NCBI GenBank assembly: GCA_964451305.1
Contig: CAYVHV010000014.1
Location: 345 to 64,344, forward strand
Length of the DNA stretch: 64,000 bases
Source of the DNA: an uncultured Acidimicrobiales bacterium
GTDB lineage: Bacteria; Actinomycetota; Acidimicrobiia; Acidimicrobiales; SHLQ01
Direction of reading: 5' to 3'
Shown here: positions 56,806 to 64,000 of the stretch, piece by piece
How positions within the stretch are numbered: the first letter of the stretch is position 1
Layout: each line of letters opens with the position of its first letter
Notes under the pieces: generated by a model
Told to the model about the DNA's origin: nothing
The model's input: only the letters and a program-made list of their open reading frames with translations
The model's database searches: none
Program-made: the position numbers and the translations under genes

Positions 56806-57848
56806 TGGTCCTCCGGGAAGAGCGCCTCGAGGAAGACACCGCTCAGCCACCCTCCACCGATCAACGGTGCAGCGACGAGCGCAGCCGCGAGCCGTTCGGC
56901 AATGGTCGCCGATTCGGTGGGGCCATACGCGTTGTCGATCGCGAGAAGGCCGCCCAACGCACCGGTTGTGCCGATCGTGAGAAGCGTCGGAACCGATCCA
57001 CGACGGGTCAGCCCGGCAGCGACAGCGAGGAACGGGACCGGCAGACCGAGGAGCGCCATCTGTCGCGGTGCCGGCCGCTCGCCCCGTGTGCGCCAATACT
57101 TGACTTTGCTGCGCCCAAAACCCTGGTAGCGGCCGAGGAGGGTGGAGGCGTTCGCCGGAGCCATCCAGCCAACGGTTAACCGGTCGTCGAACCACACCGC
57201 GTCCGCTCCGCCGAGTCGCTGGCAGAGGTCGTAGTCCTCGTTCATGAGGAGATCGGTTCCCCAACCGTTCACCGCTCGCAACGCGTCGATCCGTCCGACC
57301 CCGAGGTAGACGGTGTCCGCTCCGCCGCTCTCCCGGCGGTACTGATATTTCGCTCCGCCCATGACCACCGGATTGTTGTGCGCCCTCGCGATCCCCAATG
57401 CCATGGTTCGGGGTTTGGAGGGGAGCGCTACGGTGCCGCCGCCGACCCAGGACAACTCCGGGCGCGTGGCGAGGAGCTCGGTCGCGTCTCGCAGATAGGT
57501 CGACGGGATCCTGCTCTTGACGTCGACTCGACAGAGCAGTGGGCCACTGGCGGTGTCGAGACCGACGTTCAGGTTGGACGAAATGGTTCGTGCCGGGTTG
57601 GTGATGACCGCGCCGGTGAGTCCGTATTCATCGAGGAGCGTTCGTGCGAGTCCGGCGCTTGCGTCGGTGGATGCACCGTCGACGATCAGCAGCTCTCGTC
57701 GTGAGATTGGATAGTCGAGGGCGGCGATGTGGGCAATGCACTCGCGGAGATACTGCTCGCCGTTGAACAGTGGGAGCACCATGCTGACGAACGGTTCATC
57801 GCCCACCGCAGATGCGGGAATCACCGCTTCCTCGCCTAGAAGTTTCAT
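56802..57848 (-). CDS. GT2 glycosyltransferase (ExoA-like)
   Basis: VDGASTD, NLNVG, RVD, ADTVYLG, NEDYDL; C-terminal TM helices. Confidence 0.85.
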   Translation of the reverse strand: MKLLGEEAVIPASAVGDEPFVSMVLPLFNGEQYLRECIAHIAALDYPISRRELLIVDGASTDASAGLARTLLDEYGLTGAVITNPARTISSNLNVGLDTASGPLLCRVDVKSRIPSTYLRDATELLATRPELSWVGGGTVALPSKPRTMALGIARAHNNPVVMGGAKYQYRRESGGADTVYLGVGRIDALRAVNGWGTDLLMNEDYDLCQRLGGADAVWFDDRLTVGWMAPANASTLLGRYQGFGRSKVKYWRTRGERPAPRQMALLGLPVPFLAVAAGLTRRGSVPTLLTIGTTGALGGLLAIDNAYGPTESATIAERLAAALVAAPLIGGGWLSGVFLEALFPEDQ

Positions 57849-57955
57849 TGTCCCGACCAACGCAATTTGACGCTTCTTACGGGCTTTTGCCCATTCGCCG
57901 AGTATGGCACACTGCGAGTGAGCGGACCAGAGACAATTGGTGGGAAGAGAGCCTC

Positions 57956-59035
57956 GTGGCCAGTGATGAATCAGCATCCGACGACCCTGTTCGGCGACTG
58001 TCTATTTGCGTCCTGACGCTCGACGAAGAGGTTAATGTTCGCGGGTTGAAGGCGTCGTTCGACGCCATCGCCGACGAGGTGGAAGCGGAGCAACTTTCGC
58101 TCGAATTGGTCATCGTCGACGCCGGCAGCGCGGATGCCACCGTGTCGGTCGCCAGAGAGCTGGGATTCGACCACGTCCTCGAATTGCCTGGCTCGACAAT
58201 CCCGGAGGCGCGCAATGCTGCAGCCGCGCTGACGGACTCACCATGGATTGGATATATCGATGCCGATTGTCGGGTGACCTCTGGCTGGATTACCGCTGCG
58301 GTCAAGGCCCTTGAGGTCGATGATTACATCGTCGCCGGATGGCCAACGATCGGTCCTGAGACTCCAACGTGGGTCCAGCGAGCATGGCAGGCGCATTGGG
58401 ATTCGAAGCTCGATGGTCTGGTCGTCGATGACGAGGGGTTCGTCGATTCGGTCGAGATGCATCGTCTTGTGACAACTCGCAATCTCGTTTGCTCGCGCGC
58501 TGCGTTCGATCGACTGGGCGGTTTCGACGAACGGTTGCCGACCGGAGAAGACTCCGAGTTCGCCTTTCGAGCTTCGGTCGGAGACATGGCGCTTATCGGT
58601 GTGCCAGCAATGCGTGTAGAGCACCTCGGAGAGCCGGCAGATCTTCCCGAGTTCTACCAGCAGCAGCTCTGGCACGCGAACAGCGACGCGTATGGCCCCA
58701 GGGGAGCCGACGACGGCGGTGTACGCAACGGACGCAATGCCGAGTTGTTTACCTACGGGTTTCTTAGCAGCGCTGCGCTCGGCCTGGCGGGAGCCGCCGT
58801 CGGCGCATCTCGACGATCCCCGATAACAGCCGTCGCGTCGGCGCTACCCGCAGCCGTCGTCTCGGGGCTGCCGGCGTTGCGAACCGCGTGGCAGCGGCGG
58901 GACGCGAGCCTAGTCGCTCCGCTGTCCGTGTTGTATGCGGCGTACGGTGCAGCTCGGTCCGTCGACGTCCTGGGTGGGGCCAATCGGGTGCAGAGCTGGC
59001 GCACAAGGCGGTCGGCTAGCCCATCAGCTGGCTAG
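57956..59035 (+). CDS. GT2 glycosyltransferase
   Basis: VDAGSAD, ARN, YIDADC, GGFDERLPTGEDSEF; C-terminal TMs. Confidence 0.87.
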   Translation: MASDESASDDPVRRLSICVLTLDEEVNVRGLKASFDAIADEVEAEQLSLELVIVDAGSADATVSVARELGFDHVLELPGSTIPEARNAAAALTDSPWIGYIDADCRVTSGWITAAVKALEVDDYIVAGWPTIGPETPTWVQRAWQAHWDSKLDGLVVDDEGFVDSVEMHRLVTTRNLVCSRAAFDRLGGFDERLPTGEDSEFAFRASVGDMALIGVPAMRVEHLGEPADLPEFYQQQLWHANSDAYGPRGADDGGVRNGRNAELFTYGFLSSAALGLAGAAVGASRRSPITAVASALPAAVVSGLPALRTAWQRRDASLVAPLSVLYAAYGAARSVDVLGGANRVQSWRTRRSASPSAG

Positions 59036-60231
59036 TCAATGACCGAGGTGTAGACGTCGCGATGTCTCTCTGCGACCGTCGCCCACGTCGGGAATGCGCT
59101 GCCGGTCGATTGCGCACCGTTCGCGAGCCGGGTACGTAACGACCGATCATCTTCGAGGCGGCGTAGCGCATTCGCGATCGCTTCGGGTTGTCGGGCTTGA
59201 ACGATCGTTGCGTTGACCCCGTCATCGACGACACCTGATGCCGCATCGCTGGTGATCAACACCGGGCATCCAGCGGTGAACGCCTCGTGCACGACGGTCG
59301 GGGAAGCCTCGATTAGCGACGGCAAGATCATCACGTCGGCGAGGCCGTAAAGGTCGAGTATGGCTTGGCGAGGGAGGCCACGCTGAAGATCTATGGGGCT
59401 GAGTGATTGTTCTTGACGGACGATGATCCGGTGTCCAAGACCACGGCGCACAACCTCGTTTGCGAACCGGTCACCAACGGTTGCGACCACGAGCGTCCAC
59501 GAGGAGTCATCGAGCAGGGTGGCGACCTCCAACAGATCGTCGAGTCGTTTCTCAGGACGGTCCGCTGCGACCGTCAGTGCAACGAGACCATCACCCGCGC
59601 CGATCGCATGGCGAGTCTGGCTAGCGTTCGCCGCGGCGTCGGCCACGCGGTCTGGATGCCAGCCGTGAGGAATGGTCGCGATCTTCTCGGGGGCGATTCC
59701 GTAGCCGAAATAGGATGCTTCGACCTTCGGCCCAACCGCAATCAGCGCGTCGGCGGAGTGAAGGGTCCGATGAACCCGTAGCTCGATGTCCTCGCCGAAC
59801 GCTTCGTTCGTTCCCGATGCTGCGCTCTCGTAGTCGTAGATGTCTCCGCCATGGGACGTGATCACAACCGGAACGTGAAGCTCGCGTTGCAAGACGTCGA
59901 TCACCGCCCAGCCAACCGGATGCGCAGCGTGGATATGCCAGACGTCGGCCTTGAACCATCGCTGGAGCGCGTGGAGTCGAAGACGCAGGGCGTTGCGGAC
60001 GTGTGCTCCTCCCCGTTCATCGTGTCCGTCGTTCGCAGCTATCGACCAGGCTCTCCTCCACACGGGCACGGTGGTGTAGGGGACGTGGCGCCACACCGAA
60101 CGAGATTCGAGGTTCGGGAAAACTGCGACGGTATGGCCAGCTCGTTCGTGCTCGAGCGCGGCGTTGTGCACCACGAACTCCGCTCCGCCGATCGTCGGCA
60201 GATAACTCAATGGCAAAATTGCTATTCGCAC
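59032..60231 (-). CDS. GT4 glycosyltransferase
   Basis: YLPTIGGAE, TSHGGDI, EKRLD, LPSLIEASPTVVHEAFTAGCPV; AGGAG RBS. Confidence 0.9.
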   Translation of the reverse strand: MRIAILPLSYLPTIGGAEFVVHNAALEHERAGHTVAVFPNLESRSVWRHVPYTTVPVWRRAWSIAANDGHDERGGAHVRNALRLRLHALQRWFKADVWHIHAAHPVGWAVIDVLQRELHVPVVITSHGGDIYDYESAASGTNEAFGEDIELRVHRTLHSADALIAVGPKVEASYFGYGIAPEKIATIPHGWHPDRVADAAANASQTRHAIGAGDGLVALTVAADRPEKRLDDLLEVATLLDDSSWTLVVATVGDRFANEVVRRGLGHRIIVRQEQSLSPIDLQRGLPRQAILDLYGLADVMILPSLIEASPTVVHEAFTAGCPVLITSDAASGVVDDGVNATIVQARQPEAIANALRRLEDDRSLRTRLANGAQSTGSAFPTWATVAERHRDVYTSVID

Positions 60232-60302
60232 CGCGCTCGACTCCTGGTCGGACCGACGAGGCGACTCGCTTCGCATCGACCGAACCGCTACAACTGTATG
60301 TT

Positions 60303-61712
60303 GTGCAGGCGGTTTCGAGAAATAGCGAGCGGGCCGAGCGAGTGCTTGGATTCGGGACGATCGTTCTTATTCTGCTGCTCGTCACCAACGCTCAGACCGT
60401 GTTCGAGGAGTTCATTGGAAGCCCCGTCCACGACCTCGCGGTGCTGCTCATTTTGGGCCGCAGTATTTTGGCCATTCGCTCGGGTGTGAACATTGCCGAT
60501 GTGGCACGGCGCTTCAAGAAGTTCGCTCTGGCGATCGGCCTCTTGTCGGCGTTCGGCGCGATCCGACTCTTTGGCGACACCTTCGGAGTCGCCGCGTCAC
60601 AAGCCGGCTCGTTTCCCGAAGCGTGGCTAAAGGACATGTTGATCGTGGTGGCGCTGGTGGCGGGATCGGTATCACTCCAGCGGGTGACGAGGCTGAGTTG
60701 GTTGATGACGGGCTCGATCGCGATCCTCGCTGGCCCTGCGCTTATTCAACACCTGACCGGCACCTACGACTTTCAGTGGGGCGGGCTCGCAACGAACGAG
60801 ACCGGATTCATCGACGGCGAGGAACGGGTACAGATCGGTGGCCCACTCGGCAGTGCGAACCCGCTCGCGCAATGGTTGCTTGTCGCGCTTCCATTCGCCA
60901 TGCATTTCACCGTTGCGGGCCGCAGGATCGAGCATCGGGTCGCGGCCGGTGCAATGGTGCTGCTCGCCATCGGAGGAATCATCGCCACACAGTCTCGACA
61001 AGGCATGCTCGTTCTTCTACTTCTGGTGGGGCTATGGACCGTGTTCTACAGCCGGCCGAGCCCAAAGACGCTCGTTCGAGTCGCGGCGGTTGGTGTGCTC
61101 GTTGTCGGCCTCGTCGTTGCGGCGAACCCCTCACGCTGGGTTCGTCAGGTAGAGCGAATGGGCGAGGTTAGCGCATTGTTCGGCGCCGACATCGACCCAC
61201 AGTCATCGGCAGCGGGATATGCGGGAACCTTTTGGGCGGGTTACGACATGTTCGTCGACAACCCCGTCGGGGGCGTCGGACACGGCAACTTCGCGGTGAA
61301 CTACATCGAATACGTCGATGAGCGCGGCATCGACGGGAGTGGGAAGGCGAGGAGCGCTCACAACCTCGTGATACATCTGCTCGCCGAGACCGGAATCGTC
61401 GGCACGGTGACCTTCGTGTCCGGTTTTGCTCTCGTGGTGTCGCTCCTACGAACGGCGCGCAGCCGTTTGCGAGCTTATGAATTTCATGCCGATGCGGAGC
61501 TGGCCGCCGCCGACGCTGGCTTGGCGACGGCACTGTTGCTGAGTTTGGCCACGTGGAGCGCCGTTTCACTGTTTCAAGGGCTCTTTCACACCGAACAGAT
61601 CGTCGTGGTGATCGGTCTTGCCCTCGGGTTTGCGTGGGCAGCCGATTCGACTCGGCTTACCGAGTACCTAGAGCCCGCTGTAGAGGTCCCGCCGCTCGCG
61701 AGCCACGTCTGA
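60303..61712 (+). CDS. O-antigen ligase / Wzy polymerase family membrane protein
   Basis: Many TMs, GPLGSANP, TQSRQG, NPVGGVGHGNF, AHNLVIHLLAETGIVG; start approximate. Confidence 0.85.
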   Translation: MQAVSRNSERAERVLGFGTIVLILLLVTNAQTVFEEFIGSPVHDLAVLLILGRSILAIRSGVNIADVARRFKKFALAIGLLSAFGAIRLFGDTFGVAASQAGSFPEAWLKDMLIVVALVAGSVSLQRVTRLSWLMTGSIAILAGPALIQHLTGTYDFQWGGLATNETGFIDGEERVQIGGPLGSANPLAQWLLVALPFAMHFTVAGRRIEHRVAAGAMVLLAIGGIIATQSRQGMLVLLLLVGLWTVFYSRPSPKTLVRVAAVGVLVVGLVVAANPSRWVRQVERMGEVSALFGADIDPQSSAAGYAGTFWAGYDMFVDNPVGGVGHGNFAVNYIEYVDERGIDGSGKARSAHNLVIHLLAETGIVGTVTFVSGFALVVSLLRTARSRLRAYEFHADAELAAADAGLATALLLSLATWSAVSLFQGLFHTEQIVVVIGLALGFAWAADSTRLTEYLEPAVEVPPLASHV

Positions 61713-62834
61713 CCACGTGCGGGTTTGCTCGCCGCGCTCACGTGCGCCGGCCCGAAGTTCTCGAAGGTCATCTGGTGAGGTGAGGAGGTGCCCGAGCAGC
61801 TGGCTGAGTGCCACCTCGTCGTCGGTATCGTAGAGCAGGCCGTCGACACCGTCTGAGACATCGAGCGCTCCGGCGCCGATCGAAGCAACGACCGGGCAGC
61901 CGCTCGCCCAACTCTCGCGAAAGACATTCGATGCGCCTTCGGTGCGCGATGTGTGCACCAAGACCGATGCCCGAGCAAAGTGATCGAACACCGAACGCTG
62001 GGGGAGCATTTCGCCAATATCGGTGTTCGTCAGCTCGCGTTGAACAACGACCTCGACCCTGTCGCCGAGCCCGCTTTGGCGCGCCTTCTCGGCGAGGCGG
62101 TCGGTCGTGGTGAGGACGGTCCACCGCCAGTCGAGCGTTCGTGGAAGCCGCTTCGCTGTCTCGATCACGAGATCGATTCGTTTCTCGGGTCGGTCGGCGG
62201 CGACGGTCAGAAAAGTAAAGGGGTGTTCCGTCGATGCAGCGGCGTTTGCGTTTGCGAGGTGGCGTGCTGCTTTGCCCTGTTCGATGATGCAAATCGAGTC
62301 GGGCGACGCGCCGAGCGAGACGTAGGTGGCATGGACACGCTGATTGATGGCGATCAGGGCATCAGCTCGAGCCAAGGTCGACCGAATGCGTTCCTCTGCA
62401 TGGTCGTTGAGTCGCTCTCCGAAACCGGTGGCTTCATCGACGTGGATGTCTCCGCCGTGGGCGGCGAGGACGACGGGAACGCGGAGCTCGTTCTGAATAA
62501 TGTCGAGCACTGACCATCCGGACGGGTAGACGTCTTCGAGTTGCCATACGTCGGGTCGGTGCAGCCGCTGGAGCAAGTGAAGTCGTGCTCGCAAGAGTCG
62601 TCGACCCGTGGTGGGGAGGTCAGCGTCCGGTGCGAGGGCGGCTCGGGCAAAGCCGTGGCGGACGATCGGTACGCACCCGTATGGAACTGCTCGAGCGACC
62701 GGAGCTGAGGCGATCGGAGCGGCGACCATCGTTGGATGGCCGGACTCGTGATGGGCGAGTGAGATGTTGTGCAGACACAGTTCGAGCCCGCCGACGTTGG
62801 GAAGGAAACTAGGCGTTACCGAGAGAATCCGCAT
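61668..62834 (-). CDS. GT4 glycosyltransferase
   Basis: FLPNVGGLE, AHGGDI, EKRID, SRTEGASNVFRESWASGCPV. Confidence 0.9.
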   Translation of the reverse strand: MRILSVTPSFLPNVGGLELCLHNISLAHHESGHPTMVAAPIASAPVARAVPYGCVPIVRHGFARAALAPDADLPTTGRRLLRARLHLLQRLHRPDVWQLEDVYPSGWSVLDIIQNELRVPVVLAAHGGDIHVDEATGFGERLNDHAEERIRSTLARADALIAINQRVHATYVSLGASPDSICIIEQGKAARHLANANAAASTEHPFTFLTVAADRPEKRIDLVIETAKRLPRTLDWRWTVLTTTDRLAEKARQSGLGDRVEVVVQRELTNTDIGEMLPQRSVFDHFARASVLVHTSRTEGASNVFRESWASGCPVVASIGAGALDVSDGVDGLLYDTDDEVALSQLLGHLLTSPDDLRELRAGARERGEQTRTWSDVARERRDLYSGL

Positions 62835-62855
62835 GTGGGACGAACGTGAGCGGAG

Positions 62856-63530
62856 CTATGCGCTGCGTTCGTGCTCCACGGGTGCGTTGGCCCGAGGAAG
62901 GGGCAAGTGTGCGACTTCCGACTCTGAGCGTTCGTGTGCCTGGGCGACATGGGTGAATCGTAGGTCTCGCAAAATTCCGACCGGTGTCATGCATAGGACA
63001 CTTACATATCGCCAGAGGTTTTGTTGCTCTAGATAGGAAAGATCATGGTCGAGCTTGTCCCTCGGGTCCATGTAGTAGCCGCCCACGACCTGTGCCCGAC
63101 CAGTGATGCCGGGACGGACGTCGTGTCGCCTGTCGTAGCCGTCGAGGTTGCGGCTCAGCTGTTCGACAAACTCTGGACGCTCCGGACGTGGTCCGACCAT
63201 GCTCATGTCGCCTCGCATCACGTTCAGGAGCTGGGGGAGTTCGTCGACGTGGAGTGCTCGTAGGGTTCGGCCGCCGCGGATGATCCGATGATCATCCAGT
63301 GCTGCGAGAACGGGTTGATGGTCGGTCTCGGCCTCGGGATGCATCGTCCGAATCTTGATGAGCTTGAAGGGAACACCGTCACGGCCGACCCGAACTTGCT
63401 CGATCAGAAGCGGCCCTTGCGAGACCGCATAGACGTAGATGAGGACCACTGCCATCACTGGAAGTGTCACGATGAACATCACGAATGAAAGGCAAACATC
63501 GATGCATCGAAGCAATCGGCTTTGGATCAT
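62856..63530 (-). CDS. Priming sugar-1-phosphate transferase (small monotopic phosphoglycosyl transferase)
   Basis: RVGRDG..KIRTM, DELPQLLNVMRGDMSMVGPRPERP, RPGITGRAQV. Confidence 0.93.
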   Translation of the reverse strand: MIQSRLLRCIDVCLSFVMFIVTLPVMAVVLIYVYAVSQGPLLIEQVRVGRDGVPFKLIKIRTMHPEAETDHQPVLAALDDHRIIRGGRTLRALHVDELPQLLNVMRGDMSMVGPRPERPEFVEQLSRNLDGYDRRHDVRPGITGRAQVVGGYYMDPRDKLDHDLSYLEQQNLWRYVSVLCMTPVGILRDLRFTHVAQAHERSESEVAHLPLPRANAPVEHERSA

Positions 63531-63739
63531 GGTCTCCGCCCAGATCAGCCGAGTCCCGCCCGGCATTACGTCAACTGTCTATGTACGAGACGGTACCTGA
63601 TCGACCGACCCGCGAACAAATCTGGTTTGTTTCAGCACACTGCGTGGTTGAGTTTTCTGGTCGGAATTTGTATTTGGCTTTTGACCACAATTTTGCCTAC
63701 CCTTCGTGGTTGTCACCACGTGCGGGAGGTACAAGGCGA

Positions 63740-64000
63740 ATGCCTGTATATCGAATGATGGATCATGTTCTGGCTGAGGAGCTCGATGGCGAGGTACTCG
63801 CCATCGATGAGCGGACTGGCGTGTATTACAGCATGGGCGGTAGCGCCGCCTCGATCTGGTCCGCGTTGACCACGGGCGTCAGTGTTGAGACCCTCTTCCC
63901 CGAGTTGTCTTCGCCCGTCGGTGACGACCTTTCGGCGTTCATCACCCAGCTCTGCGAGGTCGAACTTCTCGCAGCTGTACCCGAAGCAGAAGGTGAAGAA
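63740..64000 (+). CDS. PqqD-family / RiPP recognition element protein (3' truncated; absent from the ORF track)
   Basis: GGGAGG RBS; manual translation MPVYRMMDHVLAEELDGEVLAIDERTGVYYSMGGSAASIWSALTTGVSVETLFPELSSPVGDDLSAFITQLCEVELLAAVPEAEGEE, matching the three-strand plus helices RRE pattern. Confidence 0.8.
   Translation, partial: MPVYRMMDHVLAEELDGEVLAIDERTGVYYSMGGSAASIWSALTTGVSVETLFPELSSPVGDDLSAFITQLCEVELLAAVPEAEGEE

Noticed and set aside
56806..57264. Long N-terminal extension of the 536-aa GT4 ORF (likewise 60003-60302, 47441-47662, 53453-53623, 17123-17410)
   Set aside because: Extensions overlap neighbouring genes or promoters and look like low-complexity off-frame sequence; better starts lie downstream

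Overview
High-GC actinobacterial chromosomal segment. An Acidimicrobiia-like origin is inferred from the F420-type LLM oxidoreductase, pervasive leaderless genes and a W-x-A-S-x-G-x-W-Y-P motif protein. It holds about 57 CDS and no rRNA, tRNA, CRISPR array or transposase that I can see. Gene order: clpP end, rpe, an RlmD/TrmA-type RNA methyltransferase; a two-gene type VII secretion-like module; an acyl-CoA ligase with a Liv-type ABC transporter; bioB; thioesterases, SSADH, an IOR-family oxidoreductase and MaoC; metY, a hydrolase and an atypical folP; GH13; msrB/msrA and other redox genes; a MacB/FtsX-type ABC exporter; an internally deleted serine hydrolase; a GGDEF-EAL/ECF/LuxR signalling patch; a CSAD-type decarboxylase; a GH16 lipoprotein; and an alternating-strand glycosyltransferase cluster ending in a truncated PqqD/RRE gene that the ORF track missed. 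The best candidate for an undescribed system is the minimal T7SS-like pair at 2485-7395: a ubiquitin-like/FHA/TM/triple-FtsK ATPase plus an unusually long 166-aa WXG100-like protein. Runners-up are the CSAD-motif decarboxylase, the PqqD/RRE gene beside the glycan cluster, the remodelled FolP and a 23-bp bidirectional leaderless promoter. All assignments come from motif recognition by eye; no searches were run.
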